Shown here one piece after another: positions 17,265 through 26,540 of a stretch of DNA of 64,000 bases. Under the pieces are notes generated by a model. The model was given only the letters and a program-made list of their open reading frames with translations, had not been told where the DNA came from and made no database searches. The translations under genes and the position numbers were made by a program. The first letter of the stretch is position 1; each line of letters opens with the position of its first letter. The DNA is from a bacterium (GTDB lineage: Bacteria > Patescibacteriota > Minisyncoccia > Phycocordibacterales > UBA1006). The stretch covers positions 54,734-118,733 of the forward strand of contig JBAWXN010000002.1 in assembly GCA_037144045.1 (NCBI GenBank), read 5' to 3'.

Positions 17265-18926
17265 ATGAATTCACCAAACGAACAAACACTGAGAGATGCT
17301 GTTTTTGATAAGCTCTCACAGATATTCGAGTTAATTCCGGACGCGACTCAAGATTTATGGAGTGCAGCCACTCGTGGAGCATTCCCTACTGAAACCCTTG
17401 CTGCCATCTACGATGACCTTGGGCTATTTCTGGATTCATATCCCGAATACCGAAGACTTGTGTTGTACATCCCATTTGAGTTACTACCCTATTGCAATGA
17501 CAACTGCACAGTTATGAGTGCGAAACTCAACCAATCTGCACAAACATTCCTCGTCTCTTACCTCAAGAGATGGAACGAGTTACTACACATCAGTGATGTG
17601 CGTGCTAATTTCATGAACGGAGACGTTCCAGAAGACCACCTCTTAACTGAACCCCTGCATCGCACGACCAAAGCAGCGCAGTTGATTCCCTTGCTCATAC
17701 GTAAGAATATTCTGTCTCGAAAACACGCTCAAACATTGTGGCTCGAGTCTGATGGGTTACTTAATGAGACCCTCACAGAAGTTCTTGGTTATACAAGCGT
17801 GCCCACACCGGACGATCTATTTTCTTCATGCGAAATCATTGAGAATCAATTTATCGTTGATAGTCATAATCTGACTGATGCACGAGCAAACTGGCTACGC
17901 CAGGTGCGCATCCATGCACTTACAGAAAAAAATGCGTTGCAGCTTGTGGAAAAAATCAAATTAGGTAATGGTTCGATAGATGATCTGAAAAAATATCTAT
18001 CGGCTCATAGTAGTCCTACGGTTCACCAAACAGGAATTATAGCTCTTCGTGAATATGCTCAGCATCTCGCAAAGACTGACCTGTTATCGGCTCAGCAGTT
18101 AGCAAGCTCGTTTGCAGAACTATTAACAGCGTTATGGGAGACCGCTTCTCATGAGAACAAGGACCTGATAGGAACTCTCGTATCGCATTTTGCATACTTG
18201 AAAATAATTCCGGAAGATAGTTCTTTGTTGCAACTAACTCAGATCCCTTTCCCGTCATTTGCGCGCTTCTTTATAGAAACAACCCATGAAACGAATCAGC
18301 TTTTGGATGAACTGAAACGATTAACTTTGACTATTGAGACCGATGAAGTATCGCAGTATGTCTATCCAATAATTATTGCGTATGGTTCGCAGATAAAAGG
18401 ATACAGTGGAATTGGTGCAGACATTGATAGTGCTGTACTTATAAAACCGGGCACTGAGGTTTCGAAGCGTGAATATATTCATGAAAGGCTCAGTCAGATT
18501 CTGGTCCATGAAAAAATAAAAGAGTTGCCAACTGAGTTTTGGATTACTGAAAGTAACGGAACCATTGGTATTCGAGATTATAAAAGTTTCTCGCATCCTG
18601 ATAATCAGATTGGTGATTCATTATTTATTCATATCCTGCTTCAATGTCCCTGGATCGGAAACAGTGAACTGATTCAGTTACTCAAACCAGCAGTTCACTC
18701 TATCTATACTCGAAACACGATTCCTACCAATCGAAATCTTTGGGCAGAATCACTCGAACACGATATCATTCAGTATCGACTCCTACACAAAGGCTATGCG
18801 AGACTGTTTCCTAAACAAATTCCGGCCACACTTCCTAATGTTATTGATGTTGAAAGTACGTTCTGGGATTCTGGATTCAGAAGACTTGCAACACTTTTGT
18901 ATATCAAGAAGGTCATAGTTCCGTAA
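17265..18926 (+). CDS. large hypothetical protein with a C-terminal minimal nucleotidyltransferase (MNT/Pol-beta-like) domain
   Basis: 553 aa. Residues about 365-395, IIAYGSQIKGYSGIGADIDSAVLI, form a G[S]-x10-DxD nucleotidyltransferase-fold signature. The helical N-terminal region of about 360 aa has no recognisable family. Confidence 0.45.
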   Translation: MNSPNEQTLRDAVFDKLSQIFELIPDATQDLWSAATRGAFPTETLAAIYDDLGLFLDSYPEYRRLVLYIPFELLPYCNDNCTVMSAKLNQSAQTFLVSYLKRWNELLHISDVRANFMNGDVPEDHLLTEPLHRTTKAAQLIPLLIRKNILSRKHAQTLWLESDGLLNETLTEVLGYTSVPTPDDLFSSCEIIENQFIVDSHNLTDARANWLRQVRIHALTEKNALQLVEKIKLGNGSIDDLKKYLSAHSSPTVHQTGIIALREYAQHLAKTDLLSAQQLASSFAELLTALWETASHENKDLIGTLVSHFAYLKIIPEDSSLLQLTQIPFPSFARFFIETTHETNQLLDELKRLTLTIETDEVSQYVYPIIIAYGSQIKGYSGIGADIDSAVLIKPGTEVSKREYIHERLSQILVHEKIKELPTEFWITESNGTIGIRDYKSFSHPDNQIGDSLFIHILLQCPWIGNSELIQLLKPAVHSIYTRNTIPTNRNLWAESLEHDIIQYRLLHKGYARLFPKQIPATLPNVIDVESTFWDSGFRRLATLLYIKKVIVP

Positions 18927-18943
18927 AAAAAAATCATACAAAG

Positions 18944-18976
18944 AAAAACCCGCACGTAATCGTGCGGGAATTTTTA
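18944..18976. terminator. bidirectional Rho-independent terminator
   Basis: CCCGCACG-taat-CGTGCGGG with flanking A/T runs, between convergent genes. Confidence 0.55.
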
Positions 18977-18996
18977 TTTAATTGGAAAGGATAACC

Positions 18997-20190
18997 TTAT
19001 ACTCTTGTACGAACTTTACCATTACCACCAATTCCTGATAAGCCTTTGTCGAGCTTGTCCCATGGAATGGTCGCACCTAACTGAATCATGGCCGCAATAT
19101 AACGGTATTCTTCATCAGGAACAGTAATTTTAGGGAATTCGATAATTGCCAAGGTGAAGCGAGTAATGTTTCTTTCTAAGCGAACATAATCGGCACCAAC
19201 TGCAATATCAAGCTGCTTCAGCATTTGATCGCGATTGATTGCGCCTACTGCGGCAGGAAGAGATGGATTCTCTAAAACCTCTTTAATGCGCGTAGCGTCA
19301 TAAGCCAAGGCTTTTGCAATCGGAATACCGAGTCCTGCAAACACCTTATTAATGCTTTCATTCACTGCTTCTGCTTCGTCATGCAAGCCGTTAGTTTCTG
19401 GTGGGGTAATCATACCAGACATTAAGCCAGTCTTTCCACCACCTAACTGTCCCATTAATAACATCGCAATATTGGCACTACTACCCGCTCCTGCATTGTA
19501 TGCTTCAAGCCACTGTGAAAGCATTTCGTTGAAGCCACGCAATGAACCCCAAAGATTTGCTTCTAATTTTGCAAGAAATGCTTTTTGGCGAGCATCGCTC
19601 ATGAATGAGCCTTCGATTCCCATAGCGTTCAATACCTCAGCATAACTTCTGGTAACAACCAGCTTTTGAAGCTTAAAGTACTCAGCTCCTACCGGTTCAG
19701 CTTGCTCTTCTGCAAACACTTCCATTTTTTCTTTGATAATCTTTGGGAGTCCAAACAGTCCAAGCTTATTTGCTATTCCTGCTTTTACAGCAGAAAGCAC
19801 TTCAGTCTTTCCTACTTTCAACTCACCACCAACTTTCAGAGAAGCAACAAAGCTTTCATCTTCGGGCACACTTGGCAATACTGCATCATACGCATTTGGA
19901 GTAGCACGTTCCTCTGCAACTACAACCGGCGCACCGCGCAATTTAGCGAGGTTCAACTTAAGTTTCCCTAATGGGATATTAAGCGACCCAAGCGCTTTAA
20001 TTAATTCCTCATCGCTGAAAGCTTCCTTACTGGAAAGCACTTCGAGAGCCGCAGTAGCTGATTTTTCATCCACTGGATCGCCAGTGTGAACTGCAAGCAA
20101 CGCAGAAATTTCATCGAGGTTTTTTTCTACCGCCTCGGCAAAGGGCTGAACTCTGTCGTTCCAACCCTTAAAATAATTTGTTGTACTCAT
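18997..20190 (-). CDS. hypothetical protein (397 aa)
   Basis: No confident family. Contains a Gly-rich stretch NAGAGSSANIAMLLMGQLGGGKTGLMSG. Confidence 0.3.
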   Translation of the reverse strand: MSTTNYFKGWNDRVQPFAEAVEKNLDEISALLAVHTGDPVDEKSATAALEVLSSKEAFSDEELIKALGSLNIPLGKLKLNLAKLRGAPVVVAEERATPNAYDAVLPSVPEDESFVASLKVGGELKVGKTEVLSAVKAGIANKLGLFGLPKIIKEKMEVFAEEQAEPVGAEYFKLQKLVVTRSYAEVLNAMGIEGSFMSDARQKAFLAKLEANLWGSLRGFNEMLSQWLEAYNAGAGSSANIAMLLMGQLGGGKTGLMSGMITPPETNGLHDEAEAVNESINKVFAGLGIPIAKALAYDATRIKEVLENPSLPAAVGAINRDQMLKQLDIAVGADYVRLERNITRFTLAIIEFPKITVPDEEYRYIAAMIQLGATIPWDKLDKGLSGIGGNGKVRTRV

Positions 20191-20342
20191 TACTTTTTCT
20201 TTTTTAGTTTAAAAATACAATTTCTACAATCAAGATATCCCATTTAAAGATATTTGTCAAGCAACCTGTGGATAAGTGTAATTTGTACACTAAAAAACAG
20301 ATTCTTGCGAATCTGTTGATACTATCTCCTAGTATTATGTTG

Positions 20343-21737
20343 TTATAAGAGCATTTTATCATCCTCCGTAGGGCCAAATGATACCATTCTAACCGGAACC
20401 TTGAGCTGCTCCATCAACTGCTGTGCGCAGAGCTCGGCAATTGCACCATCATCAGCGTAATCTAAAAGATTATGACTAACAATGTTTGGCGTGCACTGCT
20501 GTAGCAGTTCCCCGAGCTTTTGTTGACGGCTGAAGCAGTCCTCAGGTTTTCCAGTAAACAATTTCATGTCACCGTGTTCGGTAAAAAACGAAGGATCTGT
20601 AGCATTGGTATAGCTCGTGCATAGTTTCCAATCACCCATTACTTTTACTTGATCAAACCAAGTAATTGCAAGTGCATCGAAAAATTGAGGACCACCGCAG
20701 GCAGCAATCGCATAACGAAGCGCTACAGCATCAAGCGGACCGATACGAATCTTCCCCTGCCAACGATTATCGTCCTTACTACTATCAGGTAGCATATGCG
20801 GAAGCATTTCTGGAGATTCGGTAACGAGAGGGCCTGCACCGTGGCGGACTTGGTATGCACGACTAATGCCAAGCTTTACCATACGTCCATCATACCCACA
20901 TTCATTAATCATCTGGAGTGTATTACTCGGCAAGGTTTTAAGATAGCTGGTATGCGGATGAAAGCCAACATAACGATCAGTAAGAACCCCATGAGAACTT
21001 TCCACAATAACCTTACCTTCCTGTCCTAAAATATCGCGCTTCAGATATTCCAAATCAACTATTTTTACCAGACTTGCGAACTTGTTAAATTCTAGAACAA
21101 TGCGATTTACAAAATCATCGTCATTTAATAGTTCTAATTGCTGACTCGCAATCATCCGGTCAGTATCTGGAAATTTCTGAACTAATTCAACAATAGGTCG
21201 GAGTTCTACACGTTTCATAGTGCGTACTGCCTCCAATCGTGCGCGTAATGTAGATGCATTACAATCTTTCGCATAAATCGCGAGCTCAGGATATTGCTCT
21301 GCATCTTTCAGCGCTTCTCCACCTCCTATTCCTACCGTACCTTTTGGTTTATCGCCTCGCGCTAATTCTTTGAGCTTTGAGGAAATACTATGGAACGGAG
21401 TAATGCAGAGCGCATCCTCATCAACAGTGACAAGGTCATACACATTACTCACTCCTGATTCATATTTCAGAATATTAGCTTCGTGGATAAAGCGATAAGG
21501 TTCAATTACAAACAATTTACTGATGTGGGTTCTGAGTCCTTCAAAGGTCCCACAGCCCATCTGACTAAATACTCCTGATTGACCACGACTTGTTTTAACT
21601 CCGTGACCACCCTGAGCACCTCCAACTTTGATGACGGTATGTGCACCTGGGAAGGTACACAACTTATGTACCACACCTCCCTTGCCTCCATCACCAGGAC
21701 CTAGATCGGTTACTGTATAGAGTGTTTTGTCTTCCAT
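20343..21737 (-). CDS. divergent adenylosuccinate synthetase (PurA/PurZ) family ligase
   Basis: Core PurA blocks are recognisable: LGPGDGGKGG (cf. GDEGKGK; Asp13 kept, Lys18 replaced by Gly), GGAQGGHGV (cf. NAGHT; catalytic His kept), ESSHGVLTD (cf. EGAQGT), RAYQVRHGAGPLVTE (cf. KAYTTRVGGGPFPTE), and IGPLDAVALRYAI (cf. GWLDLVALRYA). 464 aa with insertions. Confidence 0.55.
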   Translation of the reverse strand: MEDKTLYTVTDLGPGDGGKGGVVHKLCTFPGAHTVIKVGGAQGGHGVKTSRGQSGVFSQMGCGTFEGLRTHISKLFVIEPYRFIHEANILKYESGVSNVYDLVTVDEDALCITPFHSISSKLKELARGDKPKGTVGIGGGEALKDAEQYPELAIYAKDCNASTLRARLEAVRTMKRVELRPIVELVQKFPDTDRMIASQQLELLNDDDFVNRIVLEFNKFASLVKIVDLEYLKRDILGQEGKVIVESSHGVLTDRYVGFHPHTSYLKTLPSNTLQMINECGYDGRMVKLGISRAYQVRHGAGPLVTESPEMLPHMLPDSSKDDNRWQGKIRIGPLDAVALRYAIAACGGPQFFDALAITWFDQVKVMGDWKLCTSYTNATDPSFFTEHGDMKLFTGKPEDCFSRQQKLGELLQQCTPNIVSHNLLDYADDGAIAELCAQQLMEQLKVPVRMVSFGPTEDDKMLL

Positions 21738-21782
21738 ATCTCAATAATTTACTGTTGAAAATGTTTTTGAAAAATGTGTGTA

Positions 21783-21812
21783 AAAAAGGGCGGCATGATC
21801 GCCGCCCCTATT
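21783..21812 (-). terminator. Rho-independent terminator of the vWA/kinase-like operon (minus strand)
   Basis: GGGCGGC-atgatc-GCCGCCC stem followed by a T-run when read on the minus strand. Confidence 0.5.
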
Positions 21813-21843
21813 GAATTGTGGAACTAATAACTAAAAGCTGCGT

Positions 21844-22995
21844 TTAGAGCCAAATGTTTGATTCGTTCTTTTTGGCTTTTCGGGTATCTGTGGCGCCCTT
21901 ATCAATTTCTTCCGAAGCATCTGCTACGTCAGAACCAATAGGCCACAAATCGTTTTTATCAGCGAACATATCACCTGCTACGGGCAATTTTGAAAAATTC
22001 TCAAGTGCAGCCTGAGCCCCAATCGGAATTTTAGAAACTGCGCGAACAATGGTTGATGCCACACTACTGGAAAGCTTGGCTTCGTTTACTAAAAACGCTT
22101 CAAGGTTTTGTAAATCAAGCGTACCTTCTGTTAAGCCAATAATTGCTGCCTGCACCTCTGGTAGGTATTTGGTATCCTCCAAAATAATTACTCTATCATT
22201 ACCATAAATCTCTTTCCAGAAATTGGTAACGCTCGAATTAGTACCTATTTGCAACATAAATGCATGGGCTCGGGTTAGTAAATCATTCACCACCTGCTTG
22301 AGCTCTGGTAATTGTTTTTCATTGATGTCGTGTCCGTTTTCACGAACCTTATCGAGCACCTCTTCACCAAAGACTCTTTTAAGGTTGCTTACACTGAATT
22401 TTTTTCTGCTATCCGCATCGGTAGCCATAAAATGATAATGTTTCAATTCATAGCGCTGTAGCTGGGTATGCGTCAGATAAGCCGCACCAAACAATCCATA
22501 GTGTGGATCCTCTGTTCCATCACCGCCCTGCTTTTCAGGAACCATCAGGCGCATTTGCTCTGCAATTTGCTCATCCATTTCAGCCTGAGAACGGCACAGA
22601 ATGTAATTATCTGTCACGTCTCCGAAAATTGCTGTAATCATTTGCACATCATAGCGCGAAAGTGGTGCCAGAGGACCCCTTGCTAACAGGTTATACGTTT
22701 TTGGAAGTGAATGAAACGCAAGGTCCACATTACCTCCCATTGATCCTGTTGTGTCGAGCTCCATTTCAATAAGCATCGCAACACCCCGAACCAAGGTAAA
22801 GCGTTTTCCTTTTGCTTCAAACGGTCCATAAGATCGTCTGATAACACCGTAGCCTTTTGGGTCTACTAATTCATGAAGGCCTTTACCTTCTTTATGGCGT
22901 TGCTCACCTTTACTGGTTGCTGATCCGCCATCTTCTTTTACTTCAGTAGCTACACGTTTGTAAGCTGTTTCTGAAAATGTACTTCTTCCTGACAT
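21844..22995 (-). CDS. vWA (von Willebrand factor A) domain protein
   Basis: MIDAS motif LDTTGSMGGN and the downstream ITAIFGDVTDNY block fit a vWA fold. The start was chosen at the internal MSGRSTF because ORF 21844..23154 overlaps the upstream gene. Confidence 0.5.
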   Translation of the reverse strand: MSGRSTFSETAYKRVATEVKEDGGSATSKGEQRHKEGKGLHELVDPKGYGVIRRSYGPFEAKGKRFTLVRGVAMLIEMELDTTGSMGGNVDLAFHSLPKTYNLLARGPLAPLSRYDVQMITAIFGDVTDNYILCRSQAEMDEQIAEQMRLMVPEKQGGDGTEDPHYGLFGAAYLTHTQLQRYELKHYHFMATDADSRKKFSVSNLKRVFGEEVLDKVRENGHDINEKQLPELKQVVNDLLTRAHAFMLQIGTNSSVTNFWKEIYGNDRVIILEDTKYLPEVQAAIIGLTEGTLDLQNLEAFLVNEAKLSSSVASTIVRAVSKIPIGAQAALENFSKLPVAGDMFADKNDLWPIGSDVADASEEIDKGATDTRKAKKNESNIWL

Positions 22996-23065
22996 TGGTA
23001 CTCTTTTTTTGTTTTGGTTAAAAAATAAATAGTTAAATACAATTAGTGATTCTTGCGATACCTTA

Positions 23066-23926
23066 CTATACAGGATAGGCTGCGAACTTGTGAAACCCAA
23101 GAGGCCAGAGTGACTTGATGAGCTTGTAAAATCGAGTATGTGCTTGTTGTGCATCTGATTCTGCTCCCGCTTTGAATTCTTTCAATAGATCTTCATAGCT
23201 AGAATTAATCATTTGCTCATCCGGCACAAGAGTCCCTGTTTCTAAATCTGCACCTAATACCTCAAGAACCGCATCGGTAACCGCTGCGATTTCCTCGGTA
23301 GTTTCCTGTGGAGAAAGCTTAGTTTCAATAACCGCCTTACTCCAATCGAATACTGCCACATAGTGCTGTTCACGATTGATTAGAATGTTTTCTGTGGTTA
23401 AATTATTAATAACCACATTAATACTCTGAGTGAATACCAACATTTTGAGTAGCTTACCAAGTATCCACGCGCTCGTTCTCGGATCCACACGGACCTGGTC
23501 GCGAGACGTTATGAACGACAAAGGTGCAAGCTCGTTTAATTTTCCCGAAGGGTTAATGTTTGGAAATCCAAGCACGATTACCCTGCGGTTTTCATGCTCG
23601 GTCATAACAAAGGTCTCAACGACCTCAGGAAAACAAAAGTGATAATTCAAAGGTATCTTTTCAGGATACTTTTTCGCAAATTCTGCTTCGATTACATCTG
23701 ATTCGCTACGCATCGTTTTTAAAAGGTACGCCTCACGGTCGAGCACAGGATTGTGCTCAGCCTTTTTGGCTACCTTAAAAATTGCCGTAGTTCCGTCTTC
23801 GAGTACGCATTCGCGTAATCGGTAAATGTCAGTCTCGCCAATTTCTTGCCTGACCTGGTACGTCTTGCCCGCTGGGCTTCTTATTACTATGTCCATTACT
23901 GTTTCTTTTTTAAATTTAGTTATCAA
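23066..23926 (-). CDS. protein-kinase-like fold protein lacking the catalytic HRD Asp (putative pseudokinase)
   Basis: Gly-loop-like EIGETDIYRL, VAIK-like AIFKVAKK, an alphaC Glu, NNLTTENILI in place of HRDLKPENIL, and DWS in place of DFG. About 70 nt upstream of the vWA gene. Confidence 0.4.
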   Translation of the reverse strand: MITKFKKETVMDIVIRSPAGKTYQVRQEIGETDIYRLRECVLEDGTTAIFKVAKKAEHNPVLDREAYLLKTMRSESDVIEAEFAKKYPEKIPLNYHFCFPEVVETFVMTEHENRRVIVLGFPNINPSGKLNELAPLSFITSRDQVRVDPRTSAWILGKLLKMLVFTQSINVVINNLTTENILINREQHYVAVFDWSKAVIETKLSPQETTEEIAAVTDAVLEVLGADLETGTLVPDEQMINSSYEDLLKEFKAGAESDAQQAHTRFYKLIKSLWPLGFHKFAAYPV

Positions 23927-24100
23927 AAAACAAATATGCCGTATATGTTATATCAAATTATTAGGATATGTCAATACTTCTCGATGAACTGTATAATTTG
24001 TTGCATTATGGCTTATTTAGTGTTATTATAACACTAAGAATGATCATGTGCAAGCACCTCCTAGTCCCCCTCCCTTGTAAAAGCATGCTACTATAATTCT

Positions 24101-25048
24101 ATGCAACAATTTAGATTTTTTAAAAAAGTAGATGAATATCGTACCTATATCTACGAAGAAATATTCACCCATCACGAATTTAGAAATAACCTTTTTTATC
24201 GTGGACTTATCGAATTCATTATTGAACACCGCGCCCCTATATTCTTCTCACTAACCAAAGACGAGGAATTCTCACATTTTACCCAATACTTTAACGCAGT
24301 GCTCGATCGAGGGGACTACTACAAAAATGATTTCATAAGAAGCATGTATTTTGCGCATGATTTTGTGCATATGCTTTTTAACAATCCTTTGCGTCCTCGT
24401 GATATGACTTTTGAAAAGTATTGCGAAGTACTCAACGTAAACGAATGGATTGCGTCTAATGAAACTGAAGTTTATACCTATTTTAGAATCGATGGTGCAC
24501 GTCACCACGGATTAGATTATACGATTCTCTATGATCTCCTAAAATACGCTGGGCACTCACAACCTGAAATAAAAAAACTGCTTGAGTTTAGAAAGCACGT
24601 AATTGGTGGTGGCGGTGAAGCAGTTCTTGAACAACACCCAGAAGCCACCATGGTGTTTAATTACTTGAGAAAGTTTAAAGAAAACAACAAAGCCTGGTGT
24701 AAGCTTTGGTATGAAGGCTTCCCTGAAATACCTGCGGCTTATACTGACGAACGCATGTGCCTCCCTGTACTTGAATACGATAAAATACTACGACACTACA
24801 CTCCTGGTATCCACGTGAACAATCAACAAGAGGCCTACGAGTACAACATGTTGCTCAACATTAAAAACCTTGCACTCCTTGCAGGGTTACCAGAAGAGCA
24901 TATTCCAAAAACTTTTGACGATTGCGAAAAAACACTTGAGCAACTCGAAGGAAAAATCATTATGCCTAAAGTCGCCGAGGAATTTCATTATACTTATATC
25001 AAAAATAAGAAGGTGGGAACTCCTGAGAAAAAAGAACTGAATCCATAA
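24101..25048 (+). CDS. hypothetical protein (315 aa)
   Basis: ORF with its own terminator. No family recognised. Confidence 0.35.
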   Translation: MQQFRFFKKVDEYRTYIYEEIFTHHEFRNNLFYRGLIEFIIEHRAPIFFSLTKDEEFSHFTQYFNAVLDRGDYYKNDFIRSMYFAHDFVHMLFNNPLRPRDMTFEKYCEVLNVNEWIASNETEVYTYFRIDGARHHGLDYTILYDLLKYAGHSQPEIKKLLEFRKHVIGGGGEAVLEQHPEATMVFNYLRKFKENNKAWCKLWYEGFPEIPAAYTDERMCLPVLEYDKILRHYTPGIHVNNQQEAYEYNMLLNIKNLALLAGLPEEHIPKTFDDCEKTLEQLEGKIIMPKVAEEFHYTYIKNKKVGTPEKKELNP

Positions 25049-25051
25049 TAA

Positions 25052-25090
25052 AAAATAAAAACCCGCTATCGTGAGCGGGTTGTTTTTTTT
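25052..25090. terminator. bidirectional Rho-independent terminator
   Basis: ACCCGCTATCGTGAGCGGGT hairpin with a T8 run, shared by convergent genes. Confidence 0.55.
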
Positions 25091-25105
25091 AGAGAATGTT
25101 TGTGA

Positions 25106-26461
25106 TCATCCTACTAAAGCTGATTGTTTCTCTGTGCCGTAATACTCTTCATACTTTTCAGTATTGAATGAGTAAGCACCCTGGAAAAATTCAATGACTT
25201 TTTTAGTATCACGTAGTGCATTAGCAGGAGCAATAGAAGCGCCTGGTGAAGGAGCAATATTACCTAAGAAATTTGGTCCGACTACTTGAGTATCACCTAA
25301 TTCTAATGTTCGCTTGATGGTATCTACTAATTGCGGGCGTAAGCCTCTTCCTTTGTGGAAAACTAACTGAGAAGATTGCAAACTTGGAATAATCTTGCGC
25401 GCTGATTGTGTAAATAAATCTTTGCCAATCAGTGGTAACTGAAATGACATATTCTGTGCCATGTACCCTAACATTTCAGGGTCTGCAAGTATTCCCGTGA
25501 GGGTTGCAACGCCGTCCCATGTTGGAACTGAAACACGTAAGAAGTCCATTACTGTTGACCAATCACCGTCTACCAATGTAGGCAACACAATTGCAGTAGG
25601 TCCGAAACGAGTAATGTTTGGATTATGCATTTCAGCATCACCATGCACGGCAGCAAACGGACGCTTAGGGTTTTGTACCGTGTACACCTTTCCGATAAGT
25701 AACGGTACTATCGAATCGTAAAAATTTCCTCCGATAGGTAAAATACCCAAATGTTGTCCCAAGCCTAGCGCTTTTGCAGCGATAAGACTATAGGCACCGG
25801 TTGCAAAGATAACCACATCCGCAGTGTACTGAAAACCTTTTGAATCAGTCAGTAAGTACTTATCACCAATGCGAGTTATCTGGCGTTCCATAATACGCGT
25901 ATTCATATAGCGCAACAATCGGCCAGTACTCACCGCATCATTAACATACCATTGTGCAAGTAATCCAAAATCAATCGTGTAGCCAGGATTAGAAATTGCC
26001 ACTACGTTTTCCTTCGGATTGCGCCCCTTCATTACCATTGGTTCTCTACGTGCAATTTCTGCACCATAAATGAGTTCCATTTCAGGAAAGAAGGGACTAA
26101 ATTCCTCGCTGCGAGTTGATACAATGTCACACTCTTCATCACCTACACCCAACAAAAATTTGGGTCCTTTGCGATACATGTCTGGGTTAACACCAATCAA
26201 CTTTTTAAGGTCAGTAACGGTGATATCCGTATCTGCTTTTACTTTTACCACTTTGTCACGTTTGTAGTGTTCAGTACTGCCATCGTGAATGGTTCCCGAA
26301 TTATTGGTTACTTTACTATTAAGGTTACCTATAGTATCCCCCATTTCAAAGAGTGCAATTGTAGGTATATCGGTAAAACGCACTAACTTGTTTACTAGTG
26401 AACCACCTACTACGCCACCACCTACTACTGCAACGTTTACGTGTCTTTCTATTCTGTTCAT
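25106..26461 (-). CDS. FAD-dependent oxidoreductase of the malate:quinone oxidoreductase / L-2-hydroxyglutarate oxidase family
   Basis: Rossmann VAVVGGGVVGGSL. NSKVTNNSGTIHDGSTEHY resembles the Mqo block [20 protein letters not shown]. 451 aa. Confidence 0.55.
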   Translation of the reverse strand: MNRIERHVNVAVVGGGVVGGSLVNKLVRFTDIPTIALFEMGDTIGNLNSKVTNNSGTIHDGSTEHYKRDKVVKVKADTDITVTDLKKLIGVNPDMYRKGPKFLLGVGDEECDIVSTRSEEFSPFFPEMELIYGAEIARREPMVMKGRNPKENVVAISNPGYTIDFGLLAQWYVNDAVSTGRLLRYMNTRIMERQITRIGDKYLLTDSKGFQYTADVVIFATGAYSLIAAKALGLGQHLGILPIGGNFYDSIVPLLIGKVYTVQNPKRPFAAVHGDAEMHNPNITRFGPTAIVLPTLVDGDWSTVMDFLRVSVPTWDGVATLTGILADPEMLGYMAQNMSFQLPLIGKDLFTQSARKIIPSLQSSQLVFHKGRGLRPQLVDTIKRTLELGDTQVVGPNFLGNIAPSPGASIAPANALRDTKKVIEFFQGAYSFNTEKYEEYYGTEKQSALVG

Positions 26462-26540
26462 TCTTTCTTTTATTTATGTTTGAGTGAGCAATATTTTTGT
26501 CTCTTATATAATAGCACATTTTCAATGAAAAGTCAACCTA

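Noticed and set aside
18997-20190. GQLGGGKT in the 397-aa hypothetical protein resembles a Walker A P-loop or a tubulin/FtsZ GGGTG(S/T)G signature
   Set aside because: It lies in a long Gly/Ala-rich low-complexity stretch with no Walker B, T7 loop or other supporting motifs, so it is probably a compositional coincidence.
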